From Eledone cirrhosa (taxonomy: Eukaryota): DNA of 64,000 nucleotides. Below the pieces are notes generated by a model. The model searched no databases. It was given only the letters and a program-made list of their open reading frames with translations, and had not been told where the DNA came from. The position numbers and the translations under genes are program-made. Below, in pieces: positions 31,574-43,053 of this stretch. Position 1 is the first letter of the stretch. Every line of letters begins with the position of its first letter. The DNA lies in assembly GCA_964016885.1 (NCBI GenBank), contig OZ024751.1:36022001-36086000 (forward strand), given 5' to 3'.

Positions 31574-32026
31574 GTTAGAATATGTGTAATAAGGCCAAGA
31601 CAATGCAGATATGGACATAGAAAAAAGAATGCAATAGTGAAAGATATTGATGTGAATTCGTCTTTCACCTTCAATTTATTTAAATGTCCTTAATTTTCGA
31701 GATAATATCTCTTCTTCGGAGGGAAGTAAAGGTCTCAGACCAGCGTCTTTAAATCTCTAATGAAGCCATGCTTCCGGTCAGCATGGCTTCATTAGAGATT
31801 TAAAGACGCTGGTCTGAGACCTTTACTTCCCTCTGAAGAAGAGATATTATCTCGAAAATTAAGGACATTTAAATAAATTGAAGGTGAAAGACGAATTCAC
31901 ATCAATATCTTTCACTATTGCATTCTTTTTTCTATGTCCATATCTGTATCGTCTTGGCCTTATTACACATATTCTAACGTTTATACCTCATTACACAATG
32001 CTTCAAGTGAACTATAACCTCCTCCC
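31567..32026 (+). mobile_element. Fold-back PLE-like module: 206-bp inverted arms, 7-nt spacer, ~41-nt tail
   Basis: 31567-31772 versus 31780-31985 with 3 mismatches by eye; explains the twin ORFs at 31453(-) and 31878(+); (TA)n on both sides. Confidence 0.9.
31830..31864 (+). ncRNA. Ultra-minimal hammerhead motif lacking an intramolecular helix III
   Basis: CCT-CTGAAGA-A-GAGAT-att-ATCTC-GAAA-AT-TA-AGG; the mirror copy at 31688-31722(-) has CCGAAGA. Confidence 0.65.
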
Positions 32027-32059
<33 letters not shown>

Positions 32060-32182
32060 CGTGTGCGTGTGCGTGTGCGTGTGTGTGTAGGTCTGGTTTA
32101 GCCTGATAATAAGCAAATTAATAGCTATATAATGTATTTGTCCTATACAGGCTGAAGTTAGAAACATTAGCCTTAGATATCA

Positions 32183-32261
<79 letters not shown>

Positions 32262-33233
32262 CCTTGGTGAAATTAAAAAAATATATATATATGAACGTAT
32301 CCGTGTGCTTGCGCCACTGTATTCACATATCTATGTAAGTTTTATTGGGATAAAATTATATATGCAGCTTATCTTATATACCCATATACACGTTAGTAAT
32401 AACGGGGATAGAAACGGTGTAATATAGAATGTGTATGACTAATGTTACTTGGCACTTGTCAAACATGGCCGACACCATCAATGTCTTGAGCTGGCTAAAA
32501 AGAAATAACGTTTTGTACTTCCTCTTACTCATTTCTTTTAACCAATGAGCGGAAAGCTTTCACGTACCATTATGAAACATCGTCTGTTTTATTAATGAAC
32601 TAATTCCTCAATATGGCGGGCTGAAGAAGCTGACAGCATCCGCTACATTTGAATTTAAACGGCCATATACGTCTCTCTAAATGTTTATCAGTAAATCTCT
32701 GTGCACGTATACATAAATATATGCTTGATACTTACACAAACACGCATATACACACACCCATTCCCTCTCTCCCCACATATATGTATACATTTACATATAT
32801 ATACATTTACGTATTAGGCACACATACCTATGCGCTGGTTGATAATTTTTGATTTAAAGTTGATTGTAAAAATAATTATAAAAAAGTTTTCTTAAGTATA
32901 TTTTTAAGTATCATATATCTTTGATATGAAATATTCTAATTCCAATAATGGTGTTTTAAAACCTACTTCCTCGTATTTTCTGGATGACGGGATTTCTCTG
33001 ATGGTTGTAACTGACGTTTATGACTGCAGACGAGATATATGGGAAGATGGTGGAATATGATTATTATCCGCTATCAGCCAATCTTCAATTAACTAACAAA
33101 TAAGACGGAATTCATATTTTAAAAGATTTTCGAAAATAATACGATACGCCATATTAATATCAAACTGAGTTTAGATAAAGATTAAGAGGAACGAAGGACA
33201 TCACTTTTCAATGTAGAATTAAGAATCAGTGTT

Positions 33234-33287
<54 letters not shown>

Positions 33288-33290
<3 letters not shown>

Positions 33291-33379
33291 ATAATAATAA
33301 AATTGAAGACTAAAATCCAGAGAGGGCTCGATAAGGTGAAAGCAGCGATTCTTTGCTTAAACTTTAATCTGATATTTTA

Positions 33380-33385
<6 letters not shown>
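33288..33385 (+). mobile_element. Family P3 copy with internal deletion
   Basis: Aligns to 22113-22250 but joins GATAAGG directly to TGAAAGCAG, removing the 5' half of the HHR between two TAAGG microhomologies. Confidence 0.75.
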
Positions 33386-33434
<49 letters not shown>

Positions 33435-33647
33435 GAAACAACACACATAATATAAAAATGCTAAACACCAGCATATGAACAGGCATAAAAATCCACAGGG
33501 GACTGATTGCTTGAAAACCGGCCAGAGTTACTCCCCCTACTCTGTGATAATAAAAAACACATGCACAGAGGGGGAAAATGAACGATGATGTTAATTTAAC
33601 CGTGAATTCCCTCCTGGGTCCTATATTGATTATTATTTTGCTTTCCA

Positions 33648-33688
33648 TGCCCTTGATAAACCCGCTGAGGGCGAAACGTACGTAGGCG
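33648..33688 (+). ncRNA. Variant hammerhead motif (CTTGATAA core)
   Basis: TGCC-CTTGATAAA-CCC-gctga-GGG-C-GAAA-C-GTAC-G-TA-GGCG; palindromic loop III; at the end of TA-flanked island 33431-33695. Confidence 0.55.
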
Positions 33689-33691
33689 CAC

Positions 33692-33727
<36 letters not shown>

Positions 33728-33734
33728 AGAGAGA

Positions 33735-33984
33735 GAGAAAAAATTTACGAAATGGAAATGCGGGTATATAGAATTTATTAGGTAACAATTGTTTCTATAG
33801 TGTATGAGTTACAATAGAAACAATTGTTACCTAATAAATTCTATATACCCGCATTTCCATTTCGTAAATTTTTTCTCCATATTTTCTCCGGATTTTAAAA
33901 CACACTTTATTATACGTTGAGCAATCTCTGACGTCAGTTGACTCCATCCAATGCAACTACTTAGTAACATTGGAATACAAATTA

Positions 33985-33985
<1 letters not shown>
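33735..33985 (+). mobile_element. Fold-back module: perfect 64-bp arms centred on an HHR helix II remnant, ~108-nt tail
   Basis: 33735-33798 versus 33814-33877; the right arm begins TA-GAAA-C-AATT-G-TT-ACCT-AATAAA. Confidence 0.85.
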
Positions 33986-34026
<41 letters not shown>

Positions 34027-34123
34027 TAATAGGTATGAATCGAAATTGTATCAGTATAACAGATACCAATCGAATTTTTTGAGGCAGTTTTATATTCACA
34101 CACACCTATATATATATGTAGAG

Positions 34124-34155
<32 letters not shown>

Positions 34156-34156
<1 letters not shown>

Positions 34157-34225
34157 TGTTATATTTTGGGAGGGTCATGCACGTCTTCAGATAAGAAATC
34201 TTGCAAAACAAATTCAAAAACGAAG
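34156..34225 (+). mobile_element. 70-bp miniature derivative of the GIY-YIG PLE (left terminus joined to tail)
   Basis: ATTGTTATATTTTGGGAGGGTCATG matches 38136-38160 and CACGT..TCAGATAA..AATCTTGC.AAACAAATTCA.AAACGAA matches 39243-39287. Confidence 0.75.
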
Positions 34226-34250
34226 TATATATATATATAATATATATATA

Positions 34251-34445
34251 TAACGGAGGAAATGTGGTAAGGAACCAGGTGAACCATAACGCACCAAAGG
34301 ACTAAATACTTAGGGTAGTAGAGTGGGTAATAGGAACGAGTAGGACCCCGACGGCTGAGCCCAAGCCGTTTCGACGGCTAATTCTGTCCAGAGTTAGCCG
34401 TCGAAACGGCTTGAGCTCAGCCGTCGGGGTCCTACTCGTTCCTAT
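34251..34445 (-). mobile_element. Family H copy 2
   Basis: 57-bp arms at 34330-34386/34389-34445 (2 mismatches) plus tail; in (TA)n. Confidence 0.88.
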
Positions 34446-35642
34446 ATATATATATATATATATATGAATATTGCTTAAAAAAGAAAAACAAACAGACAAA
34501 AAAAAGTCTATAGGTACTGTAGTCATTCTGTGTCTAACTGTTGACTTTTCTAGATGCTTCAATGCGGCATCATACTACCTTCTTTGATCACACACAATCC
34601 TTTACTAGCTCCCTTAAATATTTCAATTGATCAACGTCCCCTTTATTTCAAATTAACTACTATCTTCTTCTTGCTTTTAATAGTTATTATTATTTCAAAT
34701 ATAGCAGCATTTGTTTCTCTTCCTAAATCGTCTTGCACATCACGTTCTAAATATTGTAACGTATTCACAGAACTGACACTTGTCGTAATTGCTTTTCAAC
34801 TTGAACTGTCATTCATTCGGTGTCTCAGTCGCAACAGCGCTTGAGCTAAACATTCACCAGATCACCAGAGTGTATTAATTGTTATGGTATATGTTATATC
34901 TATATGATTGTCCTAAGTATTCTAAAAGACAGGAATACCTGCTGCAGCACGTTCTCAAAGATCGCTATAATTGTGTTAATATAATTTTCTCCTCCTAAAC
35001 TACGCTGAGTGAAATAAAGTTGTTATGATATAAAACTGATAGGTATTTGACAATGCGTTCGCTATCCGCTATATCTAGCTAATATAATATCAAATCTCAT
35101 TTCACCATAACACATGGATTTAATACCCAATAGGCACGATGGTTCTGGAATATATTACGTGATGTTGTCTCTCAACATTCTCGTTCTGTATTATTAGTTC
35201 TTCACAACTGTTTAATTAAATTTAATGAAGACCTAGAAAACTGTAGAACATAGACCTTTGGCAATATTGGCCCAGAGGGAAACATCTTTTCATTATTCCA
35301 CTATTCCAAGTATGTTTAGTGCATTCGCAGCATTATATTCGAAGCAAGCCATTACGTTTGAAAATTAATGATGCCAGGAGAAAAATATTACGTATATAAT
35401 TAACGAACAACATGCAAGTATAAATTGTAGTTATACCTTTAGCATAATGACTATTCATTTCCAAAGTGTTATAAAATGTAATGATAGATAGAAATCTACT
35501 GAGAAAACCAGCAATGTGTTGCAAGACATTATGGATTGGGAGAAAGACTGTTATAAGTTTGAAAAGATCCAACTAATGAAACAGTTGACAATTGCTGAGT
35601 CCGAAATATTGTTTTCAGATATTCATACTAGTTTCAATTAAT

Positions 35643-35829
35643 TGTTTCTACTTTTGGTACAAGGCCAGCAATTACCCAGTGCATTACCGGTACTTTATTT
35701 TATCGACCCCGTAAGAATGAAAGACAAAGGTAAACTCGATGGGATTTGAACTCAGAATGGAGAGGGCCGTAACTCTATGCGTCAAAGCATGGCGTCCGAC
35801 CCTCTACCGATACTGCCAATCCACCGCCC
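35643..35829 (-). mobile_element. SINE family A with 15-bp TSD
   Basis: Family match; TSD CTAGTTTCAATTAAT at 35628-35642 and 35830-35844. Confidence 0.94.
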
Positions 35830-35934
35830 CTAGTTTCAATTAATGGTTGCAAATAAGAAAATAATTGATTGTTAGGAGAGAATAGAAATGAAATTGTGTT
35901 CCCAGCAGTAGGTTTATTATTTTAGACGTTAGTT

Positions 35935-36030
35935 CATTTACTGGTTTCAGTCATTAGGCTCTGGCCATGCTGGGGCACCGTCTCTCAGGGATTTAAACGT
36001 TCATATCGATCATATCGACTCCAGTACTTA
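35935..36030 (-). mobile_element. 3' part of a related SINE with a different tail
   Basis: TTTCAGTCATT.G.CT.TGGCCATGCTGGGGCACCG...ATCGACTCCAGTACTTA; shares the ATCGAC.CCAGT junction with the long SINE A. Confidence 0.55.
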
Positions 36031-36570
36031 GTTACAAATAATTGTTAGACATAATAAGATAATGGCATATCATGTAGGAATAGAAATGGTTTTGTATCCG
36101 ACATTGAATGTTTCAGAATCATTAATTACTTAATGACTAAGTCATAGACAATGACTGGTTGGTATTGTAGTTAGCAGACACTAATGTTTTCATAGCTATA
36201 CACATGAATATAATACTGTTGATAGAAAATAGAAGCTCGACTACTACTGATTCTGATCCAACGTGTATGGATTGCAAGTGGAACTAATATCCCTCTGCCT
36301 GTCTCTCTGTCTATATTATGTCTGTATGTCCGTCTACCTACCCACATATGTATGAATGTCCATCCGTCTACGTACGTACGTAACTATGTGTGTATGCATG
36401 CATTTATCTATTTATCCATCTATCTAGCTAGCTACTTATATATTTATCTATCTATCTTTATAGTACCCATATATATTAATCTAACATTACATACATCTAT
36501 TTATCCAACTAACATCCAGCAAACCCTTATATGTGTGGAAGAGGTACATTTCATGAGTGTTTTTACCTTT

Positions 36571-36625
<55 letters not shown>

Positions 36626-37417
36626 CAGCTTTTCTCAGTGAAAAGCGATAAATGCGTAACTTTCAAAGTGTCTGCTTTACTCAGTGTCACCATCTGCATC
36701 AAGTAACAATATTAAAGCTACCATTCTTAACACAGAGTGCATTATAGACATTTATTAGACAACCCCTTCGGTGTGTTTGACTATGAAGCTAAAAAATAAA
36801 AATAATAATAAACTGAATATGAGAGCCGATATCATGAAAGACAACTGAGGAATCCAGATCATGAAAACATCCACAAAACTTTAGTTTAAACTGTGAATTG
36901 TTTAAACTACAAGATCGATCAGATAGCAAAGAATCTAATAGGATACGAACTCAGAATTCAATAACAGAAAAAGCTCTGATTCTTTCAATCATGTCCTATA
37001 TTGAAATACAATAATTCCATTGGAAATTAAGCAAAAGTGGATTTCTTCGTTGAGTCCTACTGTTAATAATGTAAAATCAGTAATTGTTAATGATTTAGCA
37101 TCTCTTATAAATTGCTAATTTGATAAAACAAATTGTTTAAATCCTGTTGCAGTATTGATTCCTCTTAATAACATAAAATAACAACAAATCGTTTATTTTT
37201 GTTTATTCTGTTAAATCTATTTACATATTCATTTACTGCAATGTTTTTCATTATTGCTTATTTTGAAATTCCAAAGAATACATTATAAAACATTTCATTT
37301 GTTATTATGTTTTCTAAATCAATTTCCTTCGCTAAATTTAACTAAAAATTATTTAATTTATTTTCATTAAGTTTTCTACTTCAATCATTTTCGCCACACT
37401 TTATATTACAACAGAAA

Positions 37418-37466
<49 letters not shown>

Positions 37467-37519
37467 GGGTGGAGGGAGAGAGGAAGGAGACACATGCAAT
37501 AGATAGAAAGTGAGGGAGA

Positions 37520-37550
<31 letters not shown>

Positions 37551-38075
37551 GAGAGAGAGTGAGAGAGAGAGAGATAGCTGTTCACCAATGCAATTCGTTA
37601 GTGATGATCAGAACACCTACTTAAAGTTTGATTAGATTTCTAATAGCAAGGCAAAGCATAGATAAAACTTTCTGTTAATATATCAGCAACTTTCTAAAGA
37701 TTTTCAAATTAAACAATTCAAATTTACTTAGTGGTGCTACATGGATGGAGGAGAACTCTTAAAATAATGTAGACTTTCGTTCAATATAATAACTATTTAC
37801 AAACTGTATGGAGTTAAATGAACATATAGAAAGATATGTAAATATATTCAAGAAGTTACAAACACATACAATCAGTGAAATATATACAAATTAAAGGAAA
37901 AATAATGAGGAGTAAGTTTAATTGTGTACAAAGCAGAGTGGGAATAAATTAGACACACACAGACACACAAACACACATATATATATATTGCTAGATGTAT
38001 ATATATATAAACATATTTATATATACAAGCACGACCAATACAATACAACATGAAATTACTCTGCAATACGTGTTT

Positions 38076-38141
<66 letters not shown>

Positions 38142-38295
38142 ATACTTTGGGAGGGTCATGTTGCCAATAAGAAACACACGCACCAGTTGCTTTCACTTCA
38201 ATTTATTATAATAAATTTATAAATCTAGGAATTTATAAATTTCCGGTTGGTTGGTTGGTTCCACAACCAGTTGGTTGTTTATATATTGTCAAAGT

Positions 38296-38831
38296 GTAAT
38301 GTTCATCAATACAACCCCTAGAGGTGAATTAGCTTACAAATTTAGAAGGGCCCTAGATAAACATAAACTCAATATTAAGATAGTAGAAAGACCAGGTATC
38401 TCCGTAAAAACCCTTATTAGCAAGACATACCCTTTTCAAAGACCCCCTGTATAGATAAGAAATGTATAACCTGTAAATTAAGCCCCCATATTAACTGTAA
38501 AACTAGAAATGTAGTGTATAGCATAAGATGTACTGAAGGACAATGTAGAGACAAAAATATAGTGTACATAGGTGAGACAGCTCGCAGTGTAGGGGAACGG
38601 ATAAACGAACACTGGCGAGACCTTCAAGATAGTAAAGAATCATCTGTACTCTACCAACATGCTAAAATAGAACATAAGGGTAAATTAGAGAACATAGAAA
38701 TAAAAATAGAATCTACACACAGAAAAGACGCAATGTTTAGACAAATCACAGAGGCAATAAACATAAAAGAATTACAACCAAAATTAAATAGAAAACATGA
38801 GTGGAACAGCAACATCACAACTTACAATTAA
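38296..38831 (+). pseudogene. PLE ORF C-terminus: Cys-rich linker and GIY-YIG endonuclease, one frameshift
   Basis: VMFINTTPRGELAYKFRR...IKIVERPG...YPFQRP, frameshift in the C run at 38443-38447, then CIDKKCITC...NCKTRNVVYSIRC...C...VYIGETARSVGERINEH...S.LYQH...H...RQITEAINI....LNRKHEWN*. The VVY/YIG motif, catalytic-type R, E, N and the CCHH pattern are typical of PLE endonucleases. RT domain absent. Confidence 0.92.
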
Positions 38832-39034
38832 GGACAAAATGAAAACACACACGCACATAGAACAAACAACCAACCTGTAACATGTAAATAAACAAATAAA
38901 TAAACGAATACAAACACACACAGACACCCGGATGTGGCGCATGCGCAGACTGAGCACACAACACACACACACAGAAACAAGATGGCGTAGGACAGAACAA
39001 AGGAGAGGCACAAAAGCAAAGAAAAGAATCCCCA

Positions 39035-39077
39035 GTCACTGAAGAGGTCACAGAATGTGTGACGAAAGAACTTTGAC
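39035..39077 (+). ncRNA. Minimal hammerhead in the PLE pseudo-LTR
   Basis: GTCA-CTGAAGA-G-GTCACA-gaatg-TGTGAC-GAAA-G-aa-C-TT-TGAC; predicted cleavage after 39073. Confidence 0.8.
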
Positions 39078-39287
39078 AATATATAAACAACCATCTGGTT
39101 GTGGAACCAACCAACCAGCCGGAAATTTATAAATTCCTAAATTTATAAATTTATTATAATAAATTGAAGTGAAAGCAACTGGTGCGTGTGTTTCTTATTG
39201 GCAACATGACCCTCCCAAAGTATAACAATATCGGTTTCACCACACGTTCTCAGATAAAGAATCTTGCTAAACAAATTCAGAAACGAA

Positions 39288-39321
<34 letters not shown>

Positions 39322-39384
39322 ATATGCTCACACATATACACATATATTTATATACATATAAATACATACATATATATGTATATA

Positions 39385-39525
39385 GTTGTGTTGTGTGTCT
39401 TATATAACATACTGTTGTGTGTTTTATGAATGCTATACTGTTCTGTTGTGTCTTATATAACCTACTGTTGTGTTTTATATAAGGTATATTGTTCTGTTGT
39501 GTCTTATATAACATACTGTGCTGTT
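39385..39525. repeat. Degenerate 22-27-bp minisatellite (TTGTGTCTTATATAACATACTG-like)
   Basis: About five units visible. Confidence 0.75.
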
Positions 39526-39612
39526 ATGTAAACGTGAAACAATATTTAATATCTTAACAGTTTATTGAATTTATGAAAATCCTTCTAATTTGCTCTCAGC
39601 TCTATTCATTAT

Positions 39613-39805
39613 GGGCGGTGAATTGGCAGTATCGGTAGAGGGTCGGACGTCATGCTTTGACGCATAGAGTTACGGCCCTTTCCATTCTGAGTTCAAATCC
39701 CGCCGAGGTCAACTTTGCCTTTAATCCTTACGGGGTCGATAAAATAAAGTACCAGTAATGTACTGGGTAATTGCTAGCCTTGTGCCAAACGTAGAAACAA
39801 TTATT
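39613..39805 (+). mobile_element. SINE family A, full length
   Basis: Family match with A and B boxes. Confidence 0.94.
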
Positions 39806-40533
39806 TCGTAAAATAAATATATAAACGAATTTAACAAGTTCTGTGTTTGTCGATTATTGTAATGAAGTAATTAAGATGTTTGTGTGGTCAAAGAAATTCT
39901 GTTATGTTAGAACTATTGTCAAAATTAGCAAACAACAACAACAACAACAGCAACAACAACACTGATAATAATAATGATAATAATAATGTTCAGTTTTAAA
40001 ATAAGGGGTTGTCTGATTGCTCAAACTAGTCAATTTCAAATGATTGGAAGACATACCGAAGAGATCTTCGATGTAATAGCTTTAAGGGTGTACAAAACAA
40101 ATATTACTTCTGTAAACACAGTGCCGTAATATGTAATACACAGGGAAATTGGGAAACCCGAACACTTTGAAGATGGCTAAAAAGAAATCACGAATGTGAT
40201 TGGAAAAAGGGTAATGGCTTAAAAACCGGGATATATAGAGGAATTTTCTTTGAAAGGAATATATTGCTCCTAACGTCTATTGAGTTAGATCCCGAACCAT
40301 GAAGCCAGGCAAATGAGATGAGACATTTTGATCTTACTTATCACATTTAATTGAATTGTGAATGTATTCAGGTTTTGGGTTGTGTGAAAATTCCTTTCAG
40401 CTTTTAACATAAAAAAGTTTGAGAAATTTAGTGGATGAGTTGTAACCCTAAATGAAATTATAAAATGGTGATTACACTAAGACATACAATATGTATGTCA
40501 TTATGACACACACAAACATATATAATATAATAT

Positions 40534-40733
40534 AATATGTTATGCCTTCTGAAGAAGGCATAACATATTGTTAATATGATATCCCTGAAATATATATAAT
40601 GAAATAAATATGGTTTTATAAATATAGTTACCATTTATTTAATATCGTAAATATACTCCAAATACTTATTGAGTGCTTTTATATCAGTTATAAATATTTA
40701 CTAGTTGTAACCCAACAATTTAAATATAACCTT

Positions 40734-40735
<2 letters not shown>
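40534..40735 (+). mobile_element. Family P2 module: 16-bp 5' fold-back, C.C-class HHR core (40549-40598), tail
   Basis: Inverted repeat 40534-40549/40554-40569; CTGAAGA-A-GG-C-ATA-A-CATATT-gtt-AATATG-A-TAT-C-CC-T-GAAA-T-ATAT-A-TA; the 5' strand of helix I is replaced by the inversion. Confidence 0.75.
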
Positions 40736-40776
<41 letters not shown>

Positions 40777-40816
40777 TACACAGATGTATACATATATATA
40801 ATATATATATATATAT

Positions 40817-40892
40817 TTATTAAAATAACAGATTAAAGTTTAAGCAAAGAATCGGTGCTTTCACCCTTAACGGGATCTTCTGAAACTAACCA
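40817..40892 (-). mobile_element. Family P3 copy with CAGAAGA variant hammerhead (40837-40887)
   Basis: Reverse complement of 22184-22250; the differences within the motif fall in loop III. Confidence 0.7.
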
Positions 40893-41014
40893 TATATATG
40901 ATATACTTGAGGGCGGTTGACCGAGCTAGAAGTTGCTAAATGTACGGCCGCCCTCCTGTCTCTGCTTTTCAGCCCCTTGGATTTTGTCTATTATATTCCT
41001 TTATGAAATTTAGA

Positions 41015-41078
41015 ATACCTGATGATGTCACCGGATTCATACTGAACCCGGTCACTGAAATGATCATAGTATAATAAA
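41015..41078 (+). ncRNA. Hammerhead motif, C.C class, followed by AATAAA
   Basis: ATAC-CTGATGA-T-GT-C-ACCGG-ATTCA-tac-TGAAC-CCGGT-C-AC-T-GAAA-T-GATC-A-TA-GTAT-AATAAA; palindromic loop III; in island ~40905-41122. Confidence 0.8.
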
Positions 41079-41125
41079 CCTTTTAAGGAATTACACCAGT
41101 TCAGCCTCCTGTTATTTTATGATAT

Positions 41126-41181
<56 letters not shown>

Positions 41182-41249
41182 ATGTATGTTCTGTGTAGGA
41201 TCCTGAGGTAAATCGGGAGGACGACCATTATTAAAAAGGTACTCATATA

Positions 41250-41390
41250 AGCATAGAGTTACGTCCCTTTATGATCTGAGTTCAAATCCCGCCGAGGTTA
41301 ATTTTGCCTTTCATCCTTACGGGGTTGATACAATAAAGTACCAGTAATGTACTGCGTAATTGCTGGCCTTGGGCCTAAAATAGAAACAAT
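41250..41390 (+). mobile_element. SINE family A, 5'-truncated, ~19-bp TSD
   Basis: TSD ATTATTAAAAA(A)GGTACTCA at 41227-41245 and 41389-41408. Confidence 0.92.
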
Positions 41391-41455
41391 TATTAAAAAA
41401 GGTACTCAATACGTTAGTAGAGTATATGTATATTCATTATATTACAGAAATGAAT

Positions 41456-41640
41456 AGGCGGTGGATTGGCAGTATCGGTAGAGGGTCGGACGCCATGCTT
41501 TCCAGCATAGTTACGTCCCTTTACGATCTGAGTTCAAATCCCGCCGAGGTTGACTTTGCCTTTCATCCTTACGGGGTCGATAAAATAAAGTACCAGTAAT
41601 GCACTGGGTAATTGCTGGCCTTGTGCCTAAAGTAGAAACA
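41456..41640 (+). mobile_element. SINE family A, full length, 18-bp TSD
   Basis: A box TGGCAGTATCGG, B box GAGTTCAAATCC; TSD ATTATATTACAGAAATGA at 41436-41453 and 41641-41658. Confidence 0.96.
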
Positions 41641-42049
41641 ATTATATTACAGAAATGACTTCATTCGTATGAAATGCTGTTTATCATAAATATCCAACTT
41701 TATAGATATCCAACTTATATTAGCCACAACAACAATATCAACAGCAATATTAATTAACCGAGACCCGTGCTATTTCGACGTAGAGTTACCTTACTCAGAA
41801 ATATATAATCAATGAGAGATTTCAAGATGTAACTTCATCGGATACAAGGTAATAAGAGATACAAAAAGCCCCACATCAGTATTATCTTTATAATAACATG
41901 CTTCGTGGTTACTATGAGGACGGACGGTCATTTAATATGGCGGTGGTTACATCAACAGAGCTACACGAATTTATGACTAGAAGTGTAATAACTACCTAGT
42001 TTCTACCTAGAAACACTATTACGGTACATCTGCCTCTGTTTATACAGTA

Positions 42050-42455
42050 ATGTATGTATGTATGTATGTATGTATGTATGTATGTATGTATGTATGTATG
42101 TATGTATGTATGTATGTATGTATGTATGTATGTATGTATGTATGTATGTATGTATGTATGTATGTATGTATGTATGTATGTATGTATGTATGTATGTATG
42201 TATGTATGTATGTATGTATGTATGTATGTATGTATGTATGTATGTATGTATGTATGTATGTATGTATGTATGTATGTATGTATGTATGTATGTATGTATG
42301 TATGTATGTATGTATGTATGTATGTATGTATGTATGTATGTATGTATGTATGTATGTATGTATGTATGTATGTATGTATGTATGTATGTATGTATGTATG
42401 TATGTATGTATGTATGTATGTATGTATGTATGTATGTATGTATGTATGTATGTAT
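42050..42455. repeat. Pure (ATGT)n tetranucleotide array, ~100 units
   Basis: Directly visible; decays into TG/TA variants up to ~42620. Confidence 0.98.
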
Positions 42456-42569
42456 GTGTGTATGTATGTGTATATGTATGCGTGTATGTATGTATATACG
42501 TGTGTATGTATGTGTGTATGTATGCGTGTATGTATGTATGTGTATATGTATGTGTGTATAAATGTATAA

Positions 42570-42623
<54 letters not shown>

Positions 42624-42914
42624 GAATGTATGTGCATGTGTATTTATATAGGTATGTACAAGTGAGTACGTATCCGTAAGTGTGTATATATGGACGTACA
42701 TATGTAGGTATGTAGGTATATGTGAGTATATATGTATGTATATGTGCGTATATATGTATGTATGTGTTGGTGTATATGAGTATATACTACGTATATGAGA
42801 GATACAGTGTAAGGTGAATTCAGCCAGATTTGAACAGAATGTCACGTAATTAAATAGAACGCTTTATTTAATACGGCAGTTTATTCAGTCTCGTATATAA
42901 ACACACACACACAC

Positions 42915-42996
<82 letters not shown>

Positions 42997-43022
42997 ATAT
43001 ATATATATATATATATGTATAT

Positions 43023-43053
<31 letters not shown>

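Larger units (their letters stand above)
38136..39288 (+). mobile_element. 5'-truncated Penelope-like retroelement with inverted partial pseudo-LTR
   Basis: 160-bp inverted repeat at 38136-38295/39070-39230 enclosing a GIY-YIG ORF remnant, UTR and HHR; ~58-nt unpaired tail; (TA)n on both sides. Confidence 0.92.

Noticed and set aside
41456-41545. tRNA gene
   Set aside because: A and B boxes belong to the SINE head; no complete cloverleaf, and a TSD is present.
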